A stretch of 64,000 nucleotides of DNA from Candidatus Latescibacterota bacterium (GCA_965243025.1 CBDETY010000003.1:2880001-2944000), one strand, 5' to 3'. Counted from the first letter of the stretch, positions 9,406 to 18,664 are shown. A program made the numbers and translations. The notes: generated from the letters alone by a model not told the origin.

Positions 9406-10398
9406 TCAGCCCCCGACCGCCCGCATCAGGGTCTCCTGGACCAGCAGTTCGTGCTCGTACGGCCGGTCCGGCTCGCGCTCGCCGGTGACCGCCGCCAGGA
9501 ACGCGGCCAGCTCCTCGTCGTAGCAGCCCTGGCGCTCGCGGCCCTCCATTTCGACGGTCTGGACTCCCTTGCGGTAGCCGCCGCGGTCCTCGTCGAGGCA
9601 GAGTCGCACCCGGTCGCCCGGCTCGAACGGCTCGAGGATGATGGCGCTGCCCCGGGTGCCGTAGACCTCGAAGCGGCGCGCCATCGGCGACGTCTCCATG
9701 GCGGCGATGTCGACGACGGCGACGGCATTCTCGAACTCGTACACGCCGATGGTGTTGTCGCTGAACTCCGGGACCTCGCCGGTGTCGTTGCGCAGGAAGG
9801 CGGTGACCTTTTGCGGGCGCCCCAGCATCCAGACGACCTGGTCGAGCATGTGGCCGGCGAGGTCGTAATGGACGCCGCCGCGGTGGGCATCGGCGATGCG
9901 CTGGCGCGCCTCGGGCGGGACGCTCGTCGACATGTGGGCCCGCACCGAGAAGACGTCGCCGAGGAAGCCCGACCGCGCCCACTCCGTCACCTGCCGGAAA
10001 AGCGGGTTGTAGCGCAGCATGTACCCCATCTGCACGACGAGGTTGCCGGCGCGCGCCGCGGCGATCACCCGCTCCCACTGCCGGTAGTCGTCGCCGGCCG
10101 GCTTGTCGTACCAGGCGTGCTTGCCGGCGGCGACGATCTGCTCCGTCTGGTCGAGGCTGTTGGAGTTGCGCCCCTCCGAGGCGACGGCGACGATGCTGTC
10201 GTCGGCGAGCATCTCCCCGGCGCTGTCGTACCAGTGCAGGCCTTCGTACTCCGGGTTGTCGGCGAACCTCCGGCGGTCCTCCTCTTCCGGCTCGAAGACC
10301 CCGGCGACCTCGACGCCGGGGTTCGTCCTCATGGAACGCATCTTTCCGGCCGCGTGCCCGTGCCCGATGCCGAGCTGGGCCATGCGCACTTTTCCCAT
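9406..10398 (-). CDS. Gfo/Idh/MocA family oxidoreductase
   Basis: AQLGIGHGHA, GKHAWYDKP, QMGYMLRYNP, DLAGHMLD. Confidence 0.88.
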   Translation of the reverse strand: MGKVRMAQLGIGHGHAAGKMRSMRTNPGVEVAGVFEPEEEDRRRFADNPEYEGLHWYDSAGEMLADDSIVAVASEGRNSNSLDQTEQIVAAGKHAWYDKPAGDDYRQWERVIAAARAGNLVVQMGYMLRYNPLFRQVTEWARSGFLGDVFSVRAHMSTSVPPEARQRIADAHRGGVHYDLAGHMLDQVVWMLGRPQKVTAFLRNDTGEVPEFSDNTIGVYEFENAVAVVDIAAMETSPMARRFEVYGTRGSAIILEPFEPGDRVRLCLDEDRGGYRKGVQTVEMEGRERQGCYDEELAAFLAAVTGEREPDRPYEHELLVQETLMRAVGG

Positions 10399-10404
10399 GT
10401 CCTC

Positions 10405-11424
10405 CTACTCTCCTTGTGTGTCGATCAGAACCTTCATCAGCTCGCCGCCCGCCTCGATCTCCTCGAAGACCCCCTGCAGGTCGCCGAGCCCCCGGCGCGC
10501 CGAGATCAGACGCTCCAGCGGCAGCTCCCCCGAGGCGACCAGCGCTATCGCCGCGTCGTAGTCCTCCGGCTCGTACACGCGCACCCCGCACAGCCTCAGC
10601 TCGCGCCAGAAGAAGCGGAACAGGTCGATCCGCGGCGGATCGGCGAAGATGGCGACGACGACGATGCGGCCCCGCGTGCGCACTAGCTCCGTCATCACCC
10701 GCGCCCCCTCCTGGGTGCCGGAGACTTCGAAGAGCACGTCGGCGCCCCCGGGGCTGTGCTCCTCCACCGCCCCGGCGAGGTCGCGGGCGCGCGGGTCCAC
10801 CGTCTCGAAACCGAGGCCGCGGGCGAACTCCACCCGGAACGGGTTGACCTCGGCCAGCAGCACCTCGGCCCCGGCGTGGCGGCAGACCAGGGCGACCAGG
10901 GTGCCGATCGGGCCGCCGCCGATGACTACCGCCCGTTCCCCCGGTTTCACCTCGCCGAGACGCACGTCGTGGCAGGCCACGGCGAGCGGCTCGATCAGGG
11001 CGGCAAGCTCCATCGAGATGCCGTCCGGCAGCCGGTGCAGGGTGTGGGCGGGAACCGTCCAGGAAGCCTGGAAGGCCCCGGGGCTGTCGATGCCGATGAA
11101 GTTGAGGTTCTGGCAGATGTGCCCGTGTCCGCGGCGGCAGGCCGGGCAGCTGTGGCACGGCTCCAGCGGCCGCACCACGACGCCGTCCCCCGGGCCCCAG
11201 CCGTCGACCCCGGGACCGGTCTCGGCGACCGTCCCGGACATCTCGTGGCCGATCACCACCGGCGTGCGCACGCGCTGGTCCATGTGGCCCTGGAAGATGT
11301 GCAGGTCGGTTCCGCACACGCCGCACCAGGCGACCTCGACCCTGACCTGTCCGGGCCCCGGCGCCACCGGTTCGCACGGCCCCACCCCGATCTTCTTTCC
11401 GCCCTCGTAGAACGCCGCTTGCAC
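10405..11424 (-). CDS. Zn-dependent medium-chain alcohol/polyol dehydrogenase
   Basis: CGVCGTDLH, GHEMSG, structural Zn CxxCxxC..C, GGGPIG. GTG 11424 with GGGAG RBS. Confidence 0.92.
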   Translation of the reverse strand: MQAAFYEGGKKIGVGPCEPVAPGPGQVRVEVAWCGVCGTDLHIFQGHMDQRVRTPVVIGHEMSGTVAETGPGVDGWGPGDGVVVRPLEPCHSCPACRRGHGHICQNLNFIGIDSPGAFQASWTVPAHTLHRLPDGISMELAALIEPLAVACHDVRLGEVKPGERAVVIGGGPIGTLVALVCRHAGAEVLLAEVNPFRVEFARGLGFETVDPRARDLAGAVEEHSPGGADVLFEVSGTQEGARVMTELVRTRGRIVVVAIFADPPRIDLFRFFWRELRLCGVRVYEPEDYDAAIALVASGELPLERLISARRGLGDLQGVFEEIEAGGELMKVLIDTQGE

Positions 11425-11482
11425 GGTTGCTGTCTCCCTGGGAAGCACTTGCGGCAGCCTACGTCCCGCCGCGAAGGGGCAG

Positions 11483-11511
11483 ATAATAGCGAGGACGCCT
11501 GCTGTTCTCAA
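11483..11511 (-). promoter_or_regulatory. Sigma70-type promoter of the dehydrogenase operon
   Basis: Minus strand TTGAGA (11511-11506), 17 nt, TATTAT (11488-11483), about 60 nt upstream of GTG 11424. Confidence 0.6.
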
Positions 11512-11567
11512 TCGCGGCGGCGGGGGCAAGCGGATGCCGGAGGCCTGGGAAAGCCGGCCGCCTGCTC

Positions 11568-11583
11568 CTGCAACAGGTTGCAG
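11568..11583. promoter_or_regulatory. Palindromic operator-like site
   Basis: CTGCAAC-AG-GTTGCAG, one mismatch from the LacI/CcpA-like TGnAAnCGnTTnCA pattern. Confidence 0.35.
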
Positions 11584-11804
11584 TGGAATGAAATACAGCC
11601 GCTCCGGCGTTGCGGTTGCAAGGTGTAGCGGATTGAACGGACGGGCGGAAGCAGCGGCCGATCCCGGGCGGCGCGGAGGCCGGGGATCAGGCAGCCGGGC
11701 CAGCCGCGGCCGACGCGGGTGCAATGCGGGCGGGATGGAGCGCAGGACGGGGTAGAGCTTCCGGGGGGCGCGGCGGGCAGGAAGGGCAGCCAGAGACCGC
11801 CGTA

Positions 11805-11839
11805 CAAAACAACAGGAGGCAACCAAGGTTGCCTCCTGT
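11805..11839 (-). terminator. Intrinsic terminator
   Basis: Perfect inverted repeat ACAGGAGGCAACC/GGTTGCCTCCTGT (11812-11839) followed on the minus strand by TGTTTTG. Confidence 0.7.
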
Positions 11840-11978
11840 CGGGGAAAAGGGCCGGACGGGGGAGTAAATGTCCGTCCGGCGAACTGGCATCCGGCACGAG
11901 GCGGCCCTGCCGGACGCCCCCACCCGTTTCCGGGTGAAATCGGCGCCGGAATCGCTCCCGGCGTCGATCGTGGGGATT
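11805..11978 (-). ncRNA. Candidate structured small RNA 2 (about 170 nt)
   Basis: Own promoter (TTGACT-17-TAGGAT), four consecutive hairpins including CACCCG-GAAA-CGGGUG, then an intrinsic terminator. No credible ORF. Confidence 0.55.
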
Positions 11979-11984
11979 GGCCAA

Positions 11985-12013
11985 ATCCTACGAATCGGCC
12001 CGGGGAAAGTCAA
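11985..12013 (-). promoter_or_regulatory. Sigma70-type promoter P2
   Basis: Minus strand TTGACT (12013-12008), 17 nt, TAGGAT (11990-11985). Confidence 0.65.
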
Positions 12014-12015
12014 GG

Positions 12016-12055
12016 AAAAGAAAAGGCCGACAGGATCGCCTCTGTCCTGCCGGCC
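12016..12055 (-). terminator. Intrinsic terminator
   Basis: Minus strand GGCCGGCAGGA-loop-UCCUGUCGGCC followed by UUUUCUUUU. Confidence 0.7.
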
Positions 12056-12104
12056 CGCAAAAAGCTCGCCACCGTCGAAGGGTGACCGGCTTTTTGTTTT
12101 GAAC
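12016..12104 (-). ncRNA. Candidate small RNA 1 (about 90 nt)
   Basis: Starts 7 nt after the TAGTAT -10 box. One AAAAAGC..GCUUUUU-closed hairpin, then a terminator hairpin and U-tract. Confidence 0.5.
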
Positions 12105-12110
12105 AGCCCA

Positions 12111-12139
12111 ATACTACTTTCATACCGTCTGCTTGTCAA
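12111..12139 (-). promoter_or_regulatory. Sigma70-type promoter P1
   Basis: Minus strand TTGACA (12139-12134), 17 nt, TAGTAT (12116-12111), in a locally AT-rich patch. Confidence 0.75.
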
Positions 12140-12203
12140 GCGAAAATCTAGGCCTAGGTCTTGTTTTTTATGCGGTTGTACTCAGTCAGCCCGGAGGTTT
12201 GAG

Positions 12204-12836
12204 ATGCCCGGTACAGTCTTTTATATCGCCGATCCGATGTGCTCCTGGTGCTGGGGGTTCGCCCCTGCCCTCGCCGCGGTCGAGGCGGAGCTGCCTGCCG
12301 AGGTCCCCCTGCGCTACGTAATGGGGGGCCTTGCCCCCGACTCCGACGAACCGATGGCACCGGAGGTGCGCGCCTACGTGCAGGAGAACTGGCGCGCCGT
12401 CGAGGCGGAGACCGGTGCCTCCTTCAACTGGGATTTCTGGGAGCGCTGCCTCCCCCGGCGTTCCACCTACCCCGCCTGCAGGGCGGTCCTGGCGGCGCGG
12501 CAGCAGGACTCGGGGCCGGCGATGTTCCGGGCCGTCCAGCGCGCCTACTACGCCGAGGCCCGCAATCCCTCCGACCTCGAGACCCTCACCGCCCTCGCGG
12601 AGGAACTCGGGCTCGACGCCGCCGGCTTCGAGCGGGATATCGCCTCCCCCGAGGTCGAAGCGCAGCTGCAGGGGGACTTCGAGACCCGCCGGCGGCTCGG
12701 GGTGCGCGAGTTTCCCACCCTGCTGCTCGAATCGCCGGCAGGTTCGGGGAAGAAGGCCCTTCTCGCCCGCGGCTGGGCGTCCTCCCGCGCCGTCCTCGCC
12801 GCCCTTCGCCGGGCTCTGGGCGCCGCGGCTGACTGA
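12204..12836 (+). CDS. DsbA/FrnE-like thioredoxin-fold protein
   Basis: YIADPMCSWCWGF, RSTYPACRA, GVREFPTL (cis-Pro loop). GGAGG RBS. Confidence 0.9.
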   Translation: MPGTVFYIADPMCSWCWGFAPALAAVEAELPAEVPLRYVMGGLAPDSDEPMAPEVRAYVQENWRAVEAETGASFNWDFWERCLPRRSTYPACRAVLAARQQDSGPAMFRAVQRAYYAEARNPSDLETLTALAEELGLDAAGFERDIASPEVEAQLQGDFETRRRLGVREFPTLLLESPAGSGKKALLARGWASSRAVLAALRRALGAAAD

Positions 12837-13001
12837 GCGCCCGCGGTCGCTTATGTTCCTCCCCGGCGCCGGCGGCCGGGGCGCATTTCCTCAGTCTTCG
12901 GGGCGGTCCTCGCGCCGAACCCGCACTCGTGCCCGGGGCCGGCCGCACCTGACCTTCAAGAAGTGGTTCCCCACCCTGCCGGGTTTCCCTGGAGTAGATG
13001 A

Positions 13002-13991
13002 ATGAGCTCTGAACGATTCCTGATCACCGGCGCCTACGGCTGCGTCGGAGCCTGGGCCGCCCGCCTCCTGGTCGCCGAGGGGGTTCCGGTCTGGACCTAC
13101 GACCTGGGCGGCGACCCCCACCGCCTGCGGCTGGCGATGGACGACGGGGAGATGGCCGCCGTCCACATGGAGACCGGCGACATTACCGACGCGGCGGCCT
13201 TCGACCGCGTCGTCGCCGAAAACGGCATCACCCACATCGTTCACCTCGCCGCCCTGCAGGTCCCCCTGGTGCGCGCCGATCCGGTGGCCGGGGCCGCGGT
13301 GAACGTCGTCGGCACGACCGTCGTCCTCGAGACCGCCCGGCGCCGCGCCGACCAGGTTCGCGGAGTCGCCTTCGCCAGCTCCTTCGGAGTGTACGGCGAT
13401 CCGGAAAACTACCCCCCCGGACCGATAGCCCACGACGCGCCGCTGACGCCGCCGACCCTCTACGGGGTCTTCAAGCAGGCGAACGAGGGAACCGCGGCCG
13501 TGTATTGGCGCGAGAACCGGCTGCCGTCGATCGGCCTGAGGCCCTGCGTCGTGTACGGCCCCGGCAGGGACCAGGGCTGGACCTCGACGCCGACCAAGGC
13601 GATGCTCGCCGCCGCGCTCGGCCGCGAGTACCGCATCACCTACGGGGGCACCCTCGTCTACCACCACGCCGAGGACGTCGCCGCGGCGATGATCCTGGCG
13701 GCCCGCACCCGGATCGAAGGGGCCCCGGTCTACAACCTCGGGGGCAGCACCGCCCACATGCGGGATATCGTCGCCGCCATCGAGGAGGCGGTTCCAGGCG
13801 CCAGGGGCAGCATCAGCTTCGATCCGGCGGCCCTGCCCCATCCCTCCGAGGTCGACGACTCCCAGCTGAGCGCCGACATCCCCGGCATCCGCTGGCGGTC
13901 CCTCGCCGACGGGGTGCGCGACTCGGTCGAGCTCTTCCGCAGGGCGGCTGCGGCCGGCCGCATCGACGTCGAGCGCGCCCTCGCCCAGTAG
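13002..13991 (+). CDS. NAD-dependent epimerase/dehydratase (extended SDR)
   Basis: LITGAYGCVG, HLAA, ASS, YGVFK (YxxxK), LRP.VVYGPG. Confidence 0.9.
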   Translation: MSSERFLITGAYGCVGAWAARLLVAEGVPVWTYDLGGDPHRLRLAMDDGEMAAVHMETGDITDAAAFDRVVAENGITHIVHLAALQVPLVRADPVAGAAVNVVGTTVVLETARRRADQVRGVAFASSFGVYGDPENYPPGPIAHDAPLTPPTLYGVFKQANEGTAAVYWRENRLPSIGLRPCVVYGPGRDQGWTSTPTKAMLAAALGREYRITYGGTLVYHHAEDVAAAMILAARTRIEGAPVYNLGGSTAHMRDIVAAIEEAVPGARGSISFDPAALPHPSEVDDSQLSADIPGIRWRSLADGVRDSVELFRRAAAAGRIDVERALAQ

Positions 13992-14008
13992 GTGGCTCCG
14001 CCCCGGTT

Positions 14009-14887
14009 TCAGTCCGTCGAGATCCTGTAGGAGGTCTGCCCGATCACCTCGTGATCAGATGCCCGCGCCAGCTCCATGGCGCGTTCGGTGACCGGGAAGC
14101 AGTAGCGGGTTTCCGCCGACATCCTGATGAACCCCTCGGCGTAGGCGCAGCCCCCGGCCTGCCCGAAGGCGCCGTCGCTGGTCTCGATCCGCTTGCGCGC
14201 GTAGGCGCCGCCGTACCCCTGGCTGACCAGGGCGTCGAGGGCGGCGAGCTTCCTGTCGACGACGTCGGTGATGTCGATGAACAGGTCGTTGTAGTACCCG
14301 CCTTCGGAGCCCCAGACGTCGCGCGGCAGGGGCGCCCCCCCGCAGCCGAAGAAGAAGACCTGGGCCACCTTGTGGGGCGGACGCCGGTCCCCCGGGTCGA
14401 CCCCGGCGGCGTGGGACAGCGCGTGCATGACGATCTGCCCGGCGGTGGCGTGGGCGTTCGTCTTGCCGTCTCCCTCCCTGGGGAAGTGGGTCAGCACGAT
14501 GTCGGGCTTGAGCTCCCGGAGCAGGCGGGCGACGGTCCGCACCGCCTCCTCGGTCACCATCAGCACGGCGTCGTCGATCCCGAGAAAGCGGACCTCCTCG
14601 ACCCCGAGGGAGCTGCAGGCCCTGCGCACCTCTTCCGCCTTGACGTCGGAGCGCTCCGCCATCAGTTGCTTCAGCTCCCCGGCTTCGGGAACCTCTTCGC
14701 GGTGGAACATCCCGTCGCTGATCACGGCGTCGTGCACCCGGGCGCCGTGGGTCAGCACCACGCATCCCACCCAGTCGCCGCGCGCCGCGTGATGGGCCAT
14801 GGCGCCGCCGGACTGGTCGAAGATGTCGGCGGGATGGGCGCCGATCGACAGGATTCGCAGGGGTTCCGCACTCCCGCCGGCGCTCAT
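14009..14887 (-). CDS. PIG-L family protein, GalB (4-oxalomesaconate hydratase)-like
   Basis: IGAHPADIFDQSGGAMAHH, LTHG, KPDIVLTH, VSQGY, YAEGF. Confidence 0.75.
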   Translation of the reverse strand: MSAGGSAEPLRILSIGAHPADIFDQSGGAMAHHAARGDWVGCVVLTHGARVHDAVISDGMFHREEVPEAGELKQLMAERSDVKAEEVRRACSSLGVEEVRFLGIDDAVLMVTEEAVRTVARLLRELKPDIVLTHFPREGDGKTNAHATAGQIVMHALSHAAGVDPGDRRPPHKVAQVFFFGCGGAPLPRDVWGSEGGYYNDLFIDITDVVDRKLAALDALVSQGYGGAYARKRIETSDGAFGQAGGCAYAEGFIRMSAETRYCFPVTERAMELARASDHEVIGQTSYRISTD

Positions 14888-15870
14888 GACCGCTCCAGGG
14901 GAATGGGAACGCGGACGTTGCCGCGGACCTGCGACTGCAGGCAGGCGAGCATCATCTCGACGACCGCCAGGCCGTCGCGGCCGGTGCAGGAGAGCTCCCC
15001 TTCACCGTCGAGGACGCTGACCAGCTCGCGGACCCCGGCTTCGATCCCCTCGAACTCCCACTGCGGCGCCGCAACCGGTTCGCGCTGCTCGCCGCGGTCG
15101 AGGAAGGCGTTCTCCCCCTCGATCAGGAGGCGCCCCTCCGTGCCGCTGACGATGAACTCGGTCCGCCGCTGGGCCCGCTTGTCCCCGTGGTACACCCCGC
15201 GCACCCCGTTGTCGAAGCGGATCAGGGCGTTGGCGCTCGGCTCGGTGGCCGGATCGTGGCCGCCGTCCCCGCGGTACTCCCCGTACTCTTCATACCCGTC
15301 TTCGAGCTCGGCGACGACCCACTGCGGGCGGCCCCCGGCGAACCACATGATGGCGTCGAGCATGTGGGTGCCGTTGCGGAACAGCATCGAGCGGGAGCTG
15401 TGGAACAGCAGCACGACGCTGCGCACCTCGCCGATGGCCCCTTCGGCCGCCAACTCCTGGCAATGGTGCCAGAGGGGGTACCAGTGGCGGGTGTGGTCGA
15501 CGGACAGCAGGGTGCCGCTGGCCTCGGCGGCCGCGACCATGCGGTCGGCCTCGGCGAGGGTGGTCGCCAGCGGCTTCTCGCAGAAGATCCCCTTCACCCC
15601 GGCTTCGGCCGCGTCCACCGCCATGGTCGCGTGGGCGTTGTCCCCGGTGGCTATGGTGACGATGTCGGGCCTGGCCTCATCGAGCATCTCGCGGTAGTCG
15701 CTGTACATCTTCAGGCCGGGGTTCGTCGGCCGGAACTCCTCCTCGAAGCTCTGCCGCTGCTCTTCGACGAGGTCGCATCCGGCCACCACCTCGGCGTTGT
15801 CGAGCCCGTCCGCGCCCCGGGCATGGCGGTTTCCGATCCCCCTGCAGCCGATTACTCCTACTCTGTACAT
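14884..15870 (-). CDS. Gfo/Idh/MocA family oxidoreductase
   Basis: VGVIGCRGIG, IFCEKPLA, NGTHMLD. Confidence 0.9.
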   Translation of the reverse strand: MYRVGVIGCRGIGNRHARGADGLDNAEVVAGCDLVEEQRQSFEEEFRPTNPGLKMYSDYREMLDEARPDIVTIATGDNAHATMAVDAAEAGVKGIFCEKPLATTLAEADRMVAAAEASGTLLSVDHTRHWYPLWHHCQELAAEGAIGEVRSVVLLFHSSRSMLFRNGTHMLDAIMWFAGGRPQWVVAELEDGYEEYGEYRGDGGHDPATEPSANALIRFDNGVRGVYHGDKRAQRRTEFIVSGTEGRLLIEGENAFLDRGEQREPVAAPQWEFEGIEAGVRELVSVLDGEGELSCTGRDGLAVVEMMLACLQSQVRGNVRVPIPLERS

Positions 15871-16127
15871 CTCCTGTCTCTCCTGTTTGTGTGGAAATGT
15901 GTGCGAAACCGCCGCGGGCCGCGGCGGCTCGTCTGGTTACGGTCCAATACCTCGAGCTGTTCCCCTGGTCATCCTGAAGGTCCGGCTCCATCCTCCGGGT
16001 CCGGCACGCCAGCGTCTCCCGGTGCGGCGAACATCCCGGCTGGCCGGGAACTTCAGACTGTATCCCATCTGGTGCGGGTCCGACACACCCAAGCTCCCTC
16101 GGCCGCCAGCATCCCGGCTGCCCGGGC

Positions 16128-18563
16128 TTACTCTTCAAAACCACTTTCACCTCCGGCTGCGAGGCGGTCGAGCTCTTCCAGCAGCTGCCGCCGCGTGGAC
16201 ATGAACTCCTCCGGATCCCCGGTGAAGTCGGTAAGGGAGCGCATCAGCCGGCTGCACAGCCGCCGGCCCGCGGCGCCGGCGTCCCCTTTCCGCAGGCTCA
16301 GCATCTGCAGCAGCTCGTAATCCTCGATGCCGTCGCGGACGTTCTCGAACCGGAGCGACGACACCGGGCCCTCCTCCCCCGGAAAGATCAGACAGCCGTC
16401 GCCGTTGGCGGTCCCGAACGAGGCGGGGTCCCAGCTGGTCCTGTTCGATCCCGCGGCGGTGCCCAGCGGCCCCTCCCCGCCGGGCCAGCGGTTGAGGGTG
16501 TAGTAGAGAAACCCGGTCACTCCCCGGCGCCAGGTCATCCACCAGAGCAGCCGCGCCTCGAGCAGCGGGTACTCGACGAACCAGTTGGCGAACGGAGCGG
16601 TGGGATCGATGCAGATGTACCACCAGACCTCCTTGCCCCGGGCGCGGGCGGCCGCGGCTGCGTCCTCGTCGTAGAGCGCGGTCAGCGGCACCCAGATATC
16701 GACGGCCTCGTCGAGGCCGCTCTCCAGGCCGTAGCTCGGATCCTTCGCCGTCGTCGCCGTCTTCACGTCCGGGAAACGCCGTTTCATGTACCCGAAGGCG
16801 GCCCTGAGATTGTCGAAGTCCGCCGCGGTCGCCTCGTCGAAGCCGTAGATGAAAGCCAGGTGCAGCAAACTCCGGGAGCGCAGGAACCGCACCGTCGGCT
16901 CCAGGCTGTCGGCGATGGCGGCCAGCTCCCGCTCCGTGTAATCGCGGGCCCGCAGGTTTACGAGGTTGGCGGCGTTCAACCGGCGGCGCGCGGCGAGCTC
17001 GGCCAGCTCCTGCCCGCCCGGCGGCGAGCGCCGGTACAGGTGGGTGACGTTGAGCCGGTGCGCGGCGATGAAGTCGCGGTATTGTAGGTAAATGGCTTCG
17101 CCGCGGCGACTTCGTGACCCCGCCCGGGTCTCGGTCCCGTAGACCTTCTCCAGCATGTCGTCGTAGAGCGAGAAGGCGGTGCGGACCGTGGTGGAGTCGG
17201 GCAGCACCGGATGGTGAACGGTCACCTGGAGCGGCACGGAACCGGCCGGTTGCCCGTCCGCGGAGATCTCGACGGAACCCCGGTACACCCCCGGAGCGGT
17301 CGTATCGGCAGTCGCAAACGTCAGCCACAGCGGCGTCGCCTCCCCTGCCCTCGCCGCGACCCTGGACCGCGGCAGCAGGGGGTCCGGCCACCAGCCGGCG
17401 AAATCGACGGCGTACTCCCCGGGGGCCTCGGTCTTCACGTACCCCACCACGTCGATGCGGCAGCCGCCGGGAGAAAAGGGGGTCCTGCCGTCGGCGTGGC
17501 GCAGCGGGCCGACCGCGGCTTCAAGCCCGGCATGTACGCGGCTCAGCAGCACCAGCTGCACCGACTCCTGCTCGTTTCTCGCCAGGTCCACGGACAGTGG
17601 TCCGGCCTCTTCCGCCGGCGGGAACTCGTACACCTCCCGGCCGATGCCGGGCCAGCTGTGCGGAAACAGCTTCTCCACCGGGGTCGCCCCCCAGGCGGCC
17701 AGCTGCGGGCGCGTGGAAACGGGACGGGCGGACACCTCTCCGACGGGCATTTCCATCGACTCGCCCCAGATGCTGTCCTCTGCGGCCAGGGTTACCTCCC
17801 AGGTCTGCGGCGAAACCCCGGGAGCCGGCTTCCACTCGTACTCGATCCCCGTATCGATGGCGCGGGCGTACCCCGCCGGCAGCCCCTGCCCGTCGCGCAC
17901 GACGACCTCGACCGCGGCCCGGCGGTTGAATTGCGCGGCGACCCGCAGCCCCCCGGAAGCCAGGGGATCGCGCACCGCTTCCAGCTCGAGAAGCTCGAGC
18001 CGCCCGGCTTCCAGGCGGATGTCGTCGATCAGGAGGGAGCGGTCCCGGGAGGGCTGCCGCATGTACAGGTCGAGCAGGCGCACGCGGCGGGTGTCGATCT
18101 CGCCGCCGAGACCGGCGATGGATACGGCGCAGGTGGTGGTGGTATCGGCGGAAACCGCGAGGATGCGGACGGCGCGGCGCCCCGCCGCGTCGTCGATGCG
18201 CAGCTTGAGATGGGCGGTTCCGCCGAGCAGCGACCGCGCCCCGAACTTCAGGGAGGTGAAGCCGCTCCAGTCGCCGGCATCGAACCCCCCGTCGCCGAAA
18301 TGCAGGCGCGCCGAGGGCCACTTGCCGGCCCCCCGGGTCCAGCGGGGGTACTGGAGGCGGGCTGCGGACCCCGGGCCGGGGTCCGCTGCCGCGAGTTCCA
18401 GGCTCGTCTGGCGCAGCCGCCAGTGGCCGGCGCCGCCTTCGAAATCCTCGAGGACGCGGACGCGGTCAGCCGGGGCGGCGGCCGCGGCGACTGCCAGGGC
18501 GAGCAGCAGCCCGGCCGCCTTCGTAGACCTCCTATGTTTCGTATTTGCTCTGCGGGATACCAT
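16128..18563 (-). CDS. Secreted DUF4091 / GH123-like glycoside hydrolase domain protein
   Basis: Signal peptide, CBM-like N-domain, LARNEQESVQL, WWPDPLLP, PGVYRG, GFDE, VWWY, GFLYY, NGDG.LIFPG..SSLRFENVRDGIEDYE. Confidence 0.8.
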   Translation of the reverse strand: MVSRRANTKHRRSTKAAGLLLALAVAAAAAPADRVRVLEDFEGGAGHWRLRQTSLELAAADPGPGSAARLQYPRWTRGAGKWPSARLHFGDGGFDAGDWSGFTSLKFGARSLLGGTAHLKLRIDDAAGRRAVRILAVSADTTTTCAVSIAGLGGEIDTRRVRLLDLYMRQPSRDRSLLIDDIRLEAGRLELLELEAVRDPLASGGLRVAAQFNRRAAVEVVVRDGQGLPAGYARAIDTGIEYEWKPAPGVSPQTWEVTLAAEDSIWGESMEMPVGEVSARPVSTRPQLAAWGATPVEKLFPHSWPGIGREVYEFPPAEEAGPLSVDLARNEQESVQLVLLSRVHAGLEAAVGPLRHADGRTPFSPGGCRIDVVGYVKTEAPGEYAVDFAGWWPDPLLPRSRVAARAGEATPLWLTFATADTTAPGVYRGSVEISADGQPAGSVPLQVTVHHPVLPDSTTVRTAFSLYDDMLEKVYGTETRAGSRSRRGEAIYLQYRDFIAAHRLNVTHLYRRSPPGGQELAELAARRRLNAANLVNLRARDYTERELAAIADSLEPTVRFLRSRSLLHLAFIYGFDEATAADFDNLRAAFGYMKRRFPDVKTATTAKDPSYGLESGLDEAVDIWVPLTALYDEDAAAAARARGKEVWWYICIDPTAPFANWFVEYPLLEARLLWWMTWRRGVTGFLYYTLNRWPGGEGPLGTAAGSNRTSWDPASFGTANGDGCLIFPGEEGPVSSLRFENVRDGIEDYELLQMLSLRKGDAGAAGRRLCSRLMRSLTDFTGDPEEFMSTRRQLLEELDRLAAGGESGFEE

Positions 18564-18664
18564 TCAGGCAGCTGCCTTGCCGTTCACCATGTTGTTGCCC
18601 GCAAAACTCCTCATCTTGAAATTCCAATCAAGACAACCCGTCGATACGGATGGAAGCTGGACTT

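Noticed and set aside
11868-12203. 112-codon N-terminal extension of the DsbA-like ORF from ATG 11868
   Set aside because: Low-complexity translation across hairpins and promoters; a GGAGG RBS precedes ATG 12204 where family similarity starts.
16032-16128. Two copies of CATCCCGGCTG(G/C)CCGGG about 78 nt apart
   Set aside because: Only two GC-rich copies; not a CRISPR array or recognisable REP family.
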